Source: an uncultured virus (IMG/VR IMGVR_UViG_3300043774_000843)
Lineage: Duplodnaviria; Heunggongvirae; Uroviricota; Caudoviricetes
Reading direction: 5' to 3' (one strand)
DNA: 64,000 bases
IMG/VR virus record: IMGVR_UViG_3300043774_000843
Below are positions 1-7,443 of the stretch, in pieces. The notes beneath the pieces were generated by a model. It did no database searches, was not told the origin of the DNA, and saw only the letters and a program-made list of their open reading frames with translations. The stretch's first letter is position 1. Every line of letters begins with the position of its first letter. The translations under genes and the position numbers were made by a program.

Positions 1-895
1 CCTTATTACCGATAATAAACTCTTGCGAAATTACTGGCTCAATATAAGGAGTTGCTTTTTTATCGTTTTCATAATTATGACTAAAACCAATAAATCCAAC
101 GAAATTATACTTTGTGTTTTTAAATATATAATTATGATTTAAAATGTATTTTAAATAGTTTGCAATATTTAAGTCGCTATTAAATAAATTATTGGACTTG
201 TAAATTATACCATTTTTTTCATCGTAATATAATGAATTTTCATTACCGCCACCTTCAATTGGCATAGGTAATAAATCTATACTTTTAATCCATAAATCGT
301 TGTTTTTTGCAAATTCAAAAGCTAATTTGGATTGTAAATCTTTCAATTCGTCTTTTGAAAGGCTTCTGGATTGTTTTTTTTCAATTGCTCTAACGCCTCT
401 TGATATGTAAGATATTGCTTCTTCAATGATTTCTGATTTTCTTTTTTCTTTGTTTTCTTTAGAATTTTCATTTTTATTATTATTTAATTTATTTTCAATA
501 TTTTGATTATGATTGATTTTTTTATCTATTTCTCCCCCATCCTTATACTTTTCAGGATTATGCCCCCAAATCAATAAACTTAAATACTTTCTTGTTTTTC
601 TACCTTTATCGTCATATAGTTTACCTTTATTACCTCTCATACGAGAATTAAAACTAATTTGTCTATTAGCCCATTCCCACATTTTAGGTGTCCATTCACT
701 AACTGGAGTTTCTTTCATTTTTAAAATCCACCTTGCACTCTCTCTGCCATAGTGTATTCCAAGCTCTTTAGCTTCCTTTCTACTTAAACCTGCTTTTTTA
801 CCTTCTTCGCTATCCATAAACCTTTTAAGTTCGGATGCCGACATATTAACAAGGTCTTTCCACTTTTTATAAGTTTCTTTTTGGCTTTCTGACAT
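1..895 (-). CDS. Modular polyvalent protein, runs off the left edge: DUF3140-like N-terminal domain, YKDGG linker, then a polyvalent-protein-type Ser/Thr kinase-like domain
   Basis: Not in the ORF track. Translated by hand from ATG at 895: MSESQKETYKKWKDLVNMSASELKRFMDSEEGKKAG...GRESARWI...SLLIWGHNP (DUF3140 pattern), EKYKDGGE, then GGGNENSLYYDEKNGIIYKSNNL...LNHNYIF...FVGF...EPVISQEFI. No stop codon before the window edge. Confidence 0.7.
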   Translation of the reverse strand, partial: MSESQKETYKKWKDLVNMSASELKRFMDSEEGKKAGLSRKEAKELGIHYGRESARWILKMKETPVSEWTPKMWEWANRQISFNSRMRGNKGKLYDDKGRKTRKYLSLLIWGHNPEKYKDGGEIDKKINHNQNIENKLNNNKNENSKENKEKRKSEIIEEAISYISRGVRAIEKKQSRSLSKDELKDLQSKLAFEFAKNNDLWIKSIDLLPMPIEGGGNENSLYYDEKNGIIYKSNNLFNSDLNIANYLKYILNHNYIFKNTKYNFVGFIGFSHNYENDKKATPYIEPVISQEFIIGNK

Positions 896-1058
896 TTTGA
901 ATAATTAGAATAGTTGTTAATGCTACCAATATCCCTATGAAAATATATTTAGTGTTTTTATCAATAACCTCTAAATCATAGTTTTCATTTAGTTTTTCTT
1001 TTAAAACCTTGTATTTGAGAGTAGTATCAGGTAAAAATATTTCTTTTTCAGGATTCAT
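867..1058 (-). CDS. Small protein with C-terminal TM helix and basic tail
   Basis: ATG at 1058 (MNPEKE...); YIFIGILVALTTILII then RKPKR. TATATTTG lies just upstream on the minus strand. Confidence 0.6.
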   Translation of the reverse strand: MNPEKEIFLPDTTLKYKVLKEKLNENYDLEVIDKNTKYIFIGILVALTTILIIQNVRKPKRNL

Positions 1059-1228
1059 TAGGCAAATATAATGAAATTTTAAGCCAAAAAACAATAAGTA
1101 AATATTAAAAAAAATAGGCAAAAAAAAAGATAAAATAAGTATAAAATCACATAAAAACATTAAAATAAAATGTTAAATAATAAAATATTTAGGTTGATAA
1201 TCAATAAATTATGTAAAATAATTAATTT

Positions 1229-1263
1229 AGCTATTGACAAATAATGTAAAGTAACTATATTTG
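1229..1263 (+). promoter_or_regulatory. Putative early promoter (TTGACA + Bacteroidota -7 TAnnTTTG), copy 1
   Basis: AGCTATTGACAA-N15-TATATTTG; 30/35 identical to 9664-9698; heads the + strand gene block. Confidence 0.7.
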
Positions 1264-1290
1264 CATACACAAACTAAAAATCAAATTAAA

Positions 1291-1545
1291 ATGAAAGTAA
1301 AAATTGAATCATCAGAAAAGGTAGTAAAAGAAATTGATATTGATTTCCCTTATTACACAAAGTCCAGTAATAGCTTTTATAAGTTTTTAAATGAACGCAA
1401 TTGTATTGAGGTATATATTGGGTTTGATAATTTTTCTATTGACCATACACCATATAAAACTTTTGCATTAGCTTTTGAGCCATCAACATCAGATGAGTTT
1501 TGTGAAAAACTTAATATTATTAAATCAAAAATTAATGATATTTAA
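1291..1545 (+). CDS. Hypothetical protein
   Basis: ORF; ATG at 1291 follows an A-rich leader downstream of the promoter. Confidence 0.6.
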   Translation: MKVKIESSEKVVKEIDIDFPYYTKSSNSFYKFLNERNCIEVYIGFDNFSIDHTPYKTFALAFEPSTSDEFCEKLNIIKSKINDI

Positions 1546-1558
1546 TAAGTAACCAAAT

Positions 1559-1678
1559 ATGTTTGAAGGAATAGATATACCCGATATGCCTAATGGAAAA
1601 GGTAAAGGTTGCATGATTATTTTGTGGATTGTTATCACAATAGTAATTATTGCTATGCACATTTCATCATTTAATTAA
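1559..1678 (+). CDS. 39-aa membrane peptide (paralog of 2513-2635)
   Basis: MFEGIDIPDMPNGKGKGCMIILWIVITIVIIAMHISSFN; the second copy keeps the frame, with mostly synonymous or conservative changes. Confidence 0.65.
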   Translation: MFEGIDIPDMPNGKGKGCMIILWIVITIVIIAMHISSFN

Positions 1679-1699
1679 TAACAACTAAAAACAAATAAC

Positions 1700-1981
1700 A
1701 TGACTATAAAAGAAGAATTTTACAAATATGGTGAATCATTAGGTATTAAAGTAAATGATTTACAAAGACTTAAAATGTTGTCTAATAATATAAGCTGGGT
1801 GGCGGTGTCCGAGAAATTGCCAACAGTAGAAGATAATGGGCAAAAAGTTTTAATTTATAGAATAATGAACGATAGCCAATAAAGTTTGGCAATTTCTATA
1901 CATGAAACAAATATGGTTAAACATTGTAATCCGAATGAAACTTGGTGGATGGAACTTCCTAAGCCACCTATATTTAACTAA
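1700..1981 (+). pseudogene. DUF551-like protein with an in-frame TAA at 1880-1882
   Basis: WVAVSEKLP lies before the stop; the same frame continues SLAISIHE...TWWMELPKPPIFN to TAA at 1979-1981, the typical DUF551 C-terminus. Confidence 0.7.
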
Positions 1982-1998
1982 CTTAAAAACAAATAACT

Positions 1999-2292
1999 AT
2001 GTCTACTTATATTTACCTTTTATATAGGGAAGAAAAAAGAGAAAACAAAACTTATTATCATTTTTTTAATTCAACTTTTGTTGAGCATAAAATTTTTTTA
2101 AGTCAATTATTTAAAGAATATAGATGGATTGAAAGTACTATGATTAGAAAACCATATATTGTTAAAACAGAAAATTTAGAATGGACAGATATAATATATT
2201 TTAATAGATTAACCATTCATTTTGCAAGGTTGTTAGGGTTATTTATTCATAAAAAATGGTACAAAATACAAAAAGTTAAAATAGTAGATTAG
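1999..2292 (+). CDS. Hypothetical protein
   Basis: ORF preceded by the intergenic repeat. Confidence 0.6.
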   Translation: MSTYIYLLYREEKRENKTYYHFFNSTFVEHKIFLSQLFKEYRWIESTMIRKPYIVKTENLEWTDIIYFNRLTIHFARLLGLFIHKKWYKIQKVKIVD

Positions 2293-2309
2293 TAATAAAA
2301 ACAAATAAC

Positions 2310-2495
2310 ATGGAAACAAAAAAACAAACAGCAGTAGAATTTGCAATACAAAAATTAGAAAAATTTATTGTAAAAGGCAATCAAATAGCAGTTGAAGCAA
2401 TTTTAGAACAAGCCAAAGAAATGGAAAACCAACAATTGAAAGAAAAATACGATAATGGGTATGCTAATGGACAAAAAGATTTAATTATAAACTAA
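2310..2495 (+). CDS. KQTAVE-type small phage protein, copy 1
   Basis: METKKQTAVEF...AKEMENQQ; identical to 2658-2843. Confidence 0.75.
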   Translation: METKKQTAVEFAIQKLEKFIVKGNQIAVEAILEQAKEMENQQLKEKYDNGYANGQKDLIIN

Positions 2496-2512
2496 CAACT
2501 AAAAACAAATAA

Positions 2513-2635
2513 ATGCTTGACGGAATAGATTTTATACCCGATATGCCTAACGGGAAAGGCAAAGGTTGCATGATTGTTTTGTGGATTATTATCACAATAG
2601 TTATTATCGCCATGCACATTTCATCATTTAATTAA
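2513..2635 (+). CDS. 40-aa membrane peptide (paralog of 1559-1678)
   Basis: MLDGIDFIPDMPNGKGKGCMIVLWIIITIVIIAMHISSFN. Confidence 0.65.
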   Translation: MLDGIDFIPDMPNGKGKGCMIVLWIIITIVIIAMHISSFN

Positions 2636-2657
2636 TAACAACTAAAAAACAAATAAC

Positions 2658-2843
2658 ATGGAAACAAAAAAACAAACAGCAGTAGAATTTGCAATACAAA
2701 AATTAGAAAAATTTATTGTAAAAGGCAATCAAATAGCAGTTGAAGCAATTTTAGAACAAGCCAAAGAAATGGAAAACCAACAATTGAAAGAAAAATACGA
2801 TAATGGGTATGCTAATGGACAAAAAGATTTAATTATAAACTAA
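2658..2843 (+). CDS. KQTAVE-type small phage protein, copy 2
   Basis: Identical translation to 2310-2495. Confidence 0.75.
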   Translation: METKKQTAVEFAIQKLEKFIVKGNQIAVEAILEQAKEMENQQLKEKYDNGYANGQKDLIIN

Positions 2844-2861
2844 CAACTAAAAACAAATAAA

Positions 2862-3796
2862 ATGACACATAAAGAAAAAGCAAAACAATTAGTAGATAAA
2901 TTTTATCAAACAACTCCAAACGAAGTATGGTATAATCACCCAATAGGATTAAAAGAAGAATATAAAGCGTGGGAACAGTCTAAACAATGTGCTTTAATAG
3001 CAGTTGATGAGATATTAAATTCAAGTCCAAGTTTACCAGTATTAGGCGATGGAGGTACTTATGGTGAAGATATAGAGTTATCAACTAAATATTGGCAAGA
3101 AGTAAAAATTGAAATAAATAAATTATAAAAACAAATAACATGAGAAAAGTAATGTATCAACAATGGTTGCCAGATGCAACACCAACAGGAAGTAGTCAAT
3201 TAAAATTATCAGAAGAAAGGGTTGGTTTTTTACATCAATGGGGGCTTGAATTAAAAGAAAGTGGAGAAAATATTTGTTCATATTCAGTTGCTATAATTGA
3301 AGATGAAGAAACTAAAGGAGTATTGACTACATATCCGCATCTTGTAACTTTTATAGATTAACCAATACAAACAACTAAAAACACAAAACATGGAACACAA
3401 ACCAAAAATTAAGGATAAAATAAGAGTTAAAACCAAACTTGATGGAGAAAAACTTTGTGAAATTGATTGGCTAAATGATAAAACCATACATTTTAAAAAT
3501 AAAAGCAATTTTGGTATGACTGTAAATTATGATAGAGTTATATATACAAATAACTCTTGGAGAGGTGCTAATTTCACATATACAAGTTTCAACTAAAAAC
3601 AAATAAAATGAAAAATAAAATTTTAGCATTATTGATTGCATTTAGTTTTGTAATAGGAGTAATTGGTTTTTTCTTATGTATTATTTCATACACTTATAAT
3701 TTTATAATTGTTTCTTTGGCTATTTGTATATTATATTATTTATATATACTTTATAAAGTTTGGCTTGAAATATTTAATGAAAAAAATAACAACTAA
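2862..3796 (+). other. Four small hypothetical genes (2862-3128, 3140-3361, 3390-3596, 3608-3796; the last is a membrane protein)
   Basis: ORF track; each is preceded by the intergenic repeat. 2862 has the CALIAVDEIL...YWQEVK pattern seen in small phage proteins. Confidence 0.65.
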
Positions 3797-3806
3797 AAAA
3801 AACAAC

Positions 3807-4520
3807 ATGAAACATAAACTAATTAACACAAAAAACTACTTACTTGTTGTAAGTGATGAACAAATAAAAAAAGATGATTGGGTTTATAATGAAATCTCAA
3901 AAGAAATTTATCAGTTTGTAGAGATTAATGTTTCTTATGAGAAAAAAATCATTGCTCATTTACCACTAAACAACTATCCTATTCTTTTTACCTTTTACTC
4001 TCCAAACGTATGGGTTAGTATAAATCCAGTGATTAGTATTCCATTACTTCCCCCACTTGAACCACTTGAACAAGAATATGATGTTGAGAAGTTGGCAAAA
4101 GAATATTCCTTAAAAACAAATAAGGGACATTTGTATGATTTATATCCAAATTGTGACCAAACTTTATATGAAGTTAGTTTCGATGATTTTAAAGCAGGTT
4201 ACAACAAAGCCCGAGAGAATTTCAAATACACAGAAAGACAACTTGATGTTGCTATTGATTGGGCTATAAAAAAAGGTAGAGAAGGCGATGTTACAATTAC
4301 TGATATTGATAATTTTATCCAATCCCTATCACTACCAAAGATGCCTGTTGCTTTTAAGTGTGAGGTTGAATGGATTAACTCTAAAGAAGATGTTGGAAAT
4401 AATTTTACCAATGTTGCATTGTTTGAAGAAAGTATAAATCAGTATGATGCAATATTGATGCCTAAAACAACTACCACTCCCGAAGGACAAACTATTTGGG
4501 TAGGAGAATATATTTATTAA
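3807..4520 (+). CDS. Hypothetical protein (paralog of 13873-14451)
   Basis: Shared blocks HLPLNN-PIL, LLPPLE, GYNKA, IQSL--PKMPV-FKCE, VGEYIY; start moved to ATG 3807. Confidence 0.7.
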   Translation: MKHKLINTKNYLLVVSDEQIKKDDWVYNEISKEIYQFVEINVSYEKKIIAHLPLNNYPILFTFYSPNVWVSINPVISIPLLPPLEPLEQEYDVEKLAKEYSLKTNKGHLYDLYPNCDQTLYEVSFDDFKAGYNKARENFKYTERQLDVAIDWAIKKGREGDVTITDIDNFIQSLSLPKMPVAFKCEVEWINSKEDVGNNFTNVALFEESINQYDAILMPKTTTTPEGQTIWVGEYIY

Positions 4521-4537
4521 AAACTAAAAAAAATAAA

Positions 4538-4759
4538 ATGAAAGGATTTTTAATTTTTTGTGCAGCAACTATTTTGTTGATGGTAGGGCTTCAATACTTT
4601 GACAGTAAGCAAGACCCTTACAATGAAGGTACTCATTGGGATTATTCAATAATGTGTGAGGATGGTTTCAAATATAAGGTTTTAAGCAGAAATAGAGGCA
4701 CTATACCTTGCAAAAATAGTGATGGAACTCTTTTAAAATGCAACCAAAAAAGATATTAA
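4538..4759 (+). CDS. Small Cys-containing protein with N-terminal TM/signal
   Basis: MKGFLIFCAATILLMVGL... Confidence 0.6.
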   Translation: MKGFLIFCAATILLMVGLQYFDSKQDPYNEGTHWDYSIMCEDGFKYKVLSRNRGTIPCKNSDGTLLKCNQKRY

Positions 4760-5281
4760 ATGAAAAAATATAAAATTGAATTATCAGAACAGCAAATGAT
4801 GTTAATTGCTAATTGTCTTGAAGATTTGTCAAGGTTTGCATCAGGTCAATCTGAAATGAGATATACAGTTGAAGAAATGTTGCGTGGCTTATCGTTTGAT
4901 GAACAAATGAAAAAACGTGATGAGGTTGAAGAATTATTAAAGAAAGCTAAAAGAGTATTATTGCCTAATTTTCCTGATAATGCAAGTAAAGGTTATAATG
5001 GTAGTGAGTTTATTGGAAATACTTATCAGATTTACAGAAGTATATTATACCAATTAGCCAAAGATAATAACTGGAATAATGTTTATTCTTCACCTGCTTT
5101 GCCAAGTGGTAATTTAGGGACAATTAAAATTGAATTGGTTGATGTAAAACAAAATACAGCCTTGCAATTGCAACAAGCTGGTGTTATAAAATCGGTTTGC
5201 GAACATAAGCATATTTCGGGTGGATATTTTGGAGGTGATAAGTATATTGTAAAATGTAAAGATTGCGATGAAATAACTTAG
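4760..5281 (+). CDS. Hypothetical protein whose C-terminal Cys/His module is cassette 1 of the array
   Basis: The ORF reads through the GTT at 5183; the tail VIKSVCEHKH...CKDCDEIT is bracketed by inverted repeats 5183-5200 and 5281-5297. Confidence 0.7.
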   Translation: MKKYKIELSEQQMMLIANCLEDLSRFASGQSEMRYTVEEMLRGLSFDEQMKKRDEVEELLKKAKRVLLPNFPDNASKGYNGSEFIGNTYQIYRSILYQLAKDNNWNNVYSSPALPSGNLGTIKIELVDVKQNTALQLQQAGVIKSVCEHKHISGGYFGGDKYIVKCKDCDEIT

Positions 5282-5294
5282 CAAACTGACTTAT

Positions 5295-5359
5295 AACGTT
5301 TTGCAGCTAATGGCTGTGAGCTTCTGAAAGTGGGCTGAAAATAGCCATTAGGTGCTGTT
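5295..5359. repeat. attC-like hairpin
   Basis: AAC GTTTT GCAGCTAATGGCTGT ... ATAGCCATTAGGTGC T GTT. Confidence 0.85.
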
Positions 5360-5405
5360 ATGTTTTAGTTTTATTTTATTAATTTTTAAAAAAAGCGAAG
5401 GAATT

Positions 5406-5780
5406 ATGAAACAATTATTTGAAGAAAAAGAACTTATTGGAAAAACAATAGCTCAGGTTTTAATGCCAAAAGAAAGCTATCAAGATATGTGGATAAAATT
5501 TACCGACAATTCTTTTGCTGTATTTGATACGGAGGATAGGACGGAAGGGTTTGGACAAGAAAGGCGTATTCTTGTTATTTCTGATTGGGAAAAAGACAAT
5601 ACAAATGAAGAATTAGTTGAGTTAGGACTAATAACAAAAGCTGAACACAAATACGCATTGGAGGAGGAAGAAAAAAGATACAAAAAAGAAAGAGCTGAAC
5701 GAGACGCTGTTGAGCAAAAAAGAATTGAAGATTACGAGAAGGAACAACTTGCCAAACTTAAAACGAAATACGATGCGTAG
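5406..5780 (+). CDS. Cassette 2 gene, hypothetical with C-terminal coiled coil
   Basis: ATG at 5406; flanked by inverted repeats 5357-5396 and 5781-5816. Confidence 0.75.
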   Translation: MKQLFEEKELIGKTIAQVLMPKESYQDMWIKFTDNSFAVFDTEDRTEGFGQERRILVISDWEKDNTNEELVELGLITKAEHKYALEEEEKRYKKERAERDAVEQKRIEDYEKEQLAKLKTKYDA

Positions 5781-5813
5781 GCTTTTAAAAATTAATAAAA
5801 TAAAATTGAACAC

Positions 5814-5940
5814 AACGGCACTCGGCTAAACTCTCGTTGCCGACTTAAATATGAGAGATAAACTTAATTAAAAGCACAAAATTATGAGTACAAAAAATAT
5901 TTCAAACGAAGAAAAAGACAATGGAGTTTTAGCCGATGTT
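5814..5940. repeat. attC-like hairpin containing the start codon of the next gene in its loop
   Basis: AAC GGCAC TCGGCTAAACTCTCGTTG ... CAATGGAGTTTTAGCCGA T GTT. Confidence 0.85.
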
Positions 5941-6114
5941 ATGCAACGTGATTTATATGCAGAATTACGTTCATCAGGTAGTATGACTTCTGACCAATGC
6001 TGTGAAGTTTTAGATTGGACAGAAAAATTACCAATACAAATTATAGGGTTAAATAATGTTAAGGTTTCAATAGTGCAAGGTGTTATTAGGGTAGAACCTA
6101 ATCATGTTGCATAA
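5884..6114 (+). CDS. Cassette 3 gene, hypothetical
   Basis: Starts inside the hairpin; its TAA stop overlaps the next TAAC; IR GTTATGCAACGTGATT / AATCATGTTGCATAAC. Confidence 0.7.
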   Translation: MSTKNISNEEKDNGVLADVMQRDLYAELRSSGSMTSDQCCEVLDWTEKLPIQIIGLNNVKVSIVQGVIRVEPNHVA

Positions 6115-6159
6115 CGTTTTGCGTATAAAAAATCGTTTTAATGTTTTTTATACGCTGTT
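6113..6159. repeat. attC-like hairpin
   Basis: AAC GTTTT GCGTATAAAAAA ... TTTTTTATACGC T GTT. Confidence 0.85.
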
Positions 6160-6265
6160 ATAACCAGTAGGGATTATTTAGTAGTAACTTTAATCGGAGA
6201 ACTGAACAAAAAATTAAAACAAAAAAAAGCGAATAATTTTTTAATAACTAATAAATAAAAACAAA

Positions 6266-6721
6266 ATGATGACAATTTCTAAATTAGCTTCTGAAATCAG
6301 GGGCGAAAACAACAAAAAAGAATCTGAAAATGATTACAAAAGATTAACTGATACTTTGAAGCAATTCAATGAAGATTTCAAAGAGGTTGTTTGTGATTTA
6401 ATTAAATGTGAGGTTAAATACGAACCTTGTTTTTGGTATAAAAGTGATAACGATGGGCAATATCATATTTTCCCACACGAAACCAAATTAGATTTAAAAA
6501 TGAATGGTGGAAGTGGTGGAACTTGTATTGCTAATTCTATTCTTTTCACATTTAATCACAATGGAGAAACAAGAAAGAAAAGATTATTTTATACGGAAAA
6601 TAAAGGTTGGTATTATATTGCTCGTAGAGGAAATCACATGAATGATGATTATTTAATAAAAGATTACAGAAAAGACTTCATATTATACCTTGATAGTTAT
6701 TTTGAAGGTGAATATAAATAA
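6266..6721 (+). CDS. Cassette 4 gene, hypothetical
   Basis: IR GTTATAACCAGTAGGG / CCCTATTGGTTATAAC, plus inner IR CAAAAAATTAAAACAAAAAAAAGC / GCTTTTTTGTTTTAATTTTTTG. Confidence 0.75.
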   Translation: MMTISKLASEIRGENNKKESENDYKRLTDTLKQFNEDFKEVVCDLIKCEVKYEPCFWYKSDNDGQYHIFPHETKLDLKMNGGSGGTCIANSILFTFNHNGETRKKRLFYTENKGWYYIARRGNHMNDDYLIKDYRKDFILYLDSYFEGEYK

Positions 6722-6800
6722 ATCATTTGTGGGTGGGCTTTTTTGTTTTAATTTTTTGAACAATAAAGTTAATTCGGAGCAGTCCACCCCTATTGGTTAT

Positions 6801-6890
6801 AACGTTTTGCAGCTAACAGAAGTGGCTGCTTGTAAGAACTTCTGAATTAAAAACAAATGCTTGTAGCAGCCATTTTTGTTAGGTGCTGTT
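6801..6890. repeat. attC-like hairpin (same family as 5295)
   Basis: AAC GTTTT GCAGCTAACAGAAGTGGCTGCT ... AGCAGCCATTTTTGTTAGGTGC T GTT. Confidence 0.85.
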
Positions 6891-6915
6891 ATAGGCTGTA
6901 AAAAATTAAAAAGCG

Positions 6916-7116
6916 ATGGAATTACAACTGATTAACTTAGGTAGAAACAACATTAACAAAACTATTGTTGTGAAAAACGAAAAAGCAATGTGGCGTGAAC
7001 TTTCTAAACATTTAATGAGCAAAGGAATTGAACTTTCACCAACTGACGAACCGAATAAATACGATGTGTATGTAGGAATGTTTAGAAATGTTGGACAGGT
7101 GATTATTAAAGAGTAA
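6916..7116 (+). CDS. Cassette 5 gene, hypothetical
   Basis: IR GTTATAGGCTGTAAAAAATTAAAAAGC / GCTTTAATTTTTTATTGCCTATAAC. Confidence 0.75.
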   Translation: MELQLINLGRNNINKTIVVKNEKAMWRELSKHLMSKGIELSPTDEPNKYDVYVGMFRNVGQVIIKE

Positions 7117-7148
7117 CTGTGCGTAGGCTTTAATTTTTTATTGCCTAT

Positions 7149-7229
7149 AACGGTAGGAATTTGCGTCTGTTGATTTTTTACCAACAAGACAATAGACGCT
7201 TAAAAAATCAATAGCGCAAATTTATTGTT
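7149..7229. repeat. attC-like hairpin (variant)
   Basis: AACGGTAGG AATTTGCGTCTGTTGATTTTTTA ... TAAAAAATCAATAGCGCAAATT TATT GTT. Confidence 0.8.
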
Positions 7230-7252
7230 GGGCGCAGTTAAATTAAATCGGA

Positions 7253-7435
7253 ATGAGCAAACAAACAACTTGGAGCGAAAGAGCAAAATGCTATGACGCA
7301 AAACACACAGAAAATGGAACAATATTATATTATGTGTGCCTTATTACAGGGAAGAAAACAGAATTGAAACACCCTGATAAACTTGCTTTATCGGCATATA
7401 TTGGGCATATAGGGGCTTTAGTGCAGTCCTATTAA
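7253..7435 (+). CDS. Cassette 6 gene, hypothetical
   Basis: IR GTTGGGCGCAGTTAA / TTAATTGCGCCCAAC. Confidence 0.7.
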   Translation: MSKQTTWSERAKCYDAKHTENGTILYYVCLITGKKTELKHPDKLALSAYIGHIGALVQSY

Positions 7436-7443
7436 TTGCGCCC

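Larger units (their letters stand above)
1680..3809 (+). repeat. About 10 copies of the intergenic motif (AAC)AACTAAAAACAAATAA(C/A)-ATG separating small genes
   Basis: Seen before the starts at 1700, 1999, 2310, 2513, 2658, 2862, 3140, 3390, 3608 and 3807; another copy near 17335. Confidence 0.8.

Noticed and set aside
513..752. Plus-strand ORF here and other antisense ORFs in the track (e.g. 4199, 5480, 6906, 8052, 30417, 35290, 46930, 55772, 63353)
   Set aside because: They are shadow frames opposite well-supported genes, against the local strand polarity.
1880..1882. Stop-codon reassignment or alternative genetic code
   Set aside because: Long genes are intact under the standard code and TAA is the main stop codon. 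This is an isolated case.
2310..2843. Diversity-generating retroelement template/variable repeat pair (also considered for 10959/12686 and 63235/63678)
   Set aside because: The copies are identical or lack adenine-specific differences, and no reverse transcriptase is visible.
1680..3809. CRISPR array from the regularly recurring A/C-rich repeat
   Set aside because: The intervening sequences are whole ORFs of 120-290 bp, the repeats are degenerate, and no cas genes are present.
5295..7229. Hairpins as simple rho-independent terminators
   Set aside because: They have no U-tracts, loops up to ~85 nt and fixed AAC/GTT ends. One contains a start codon, and terminators would not explain the gene-specific flanking IRs.
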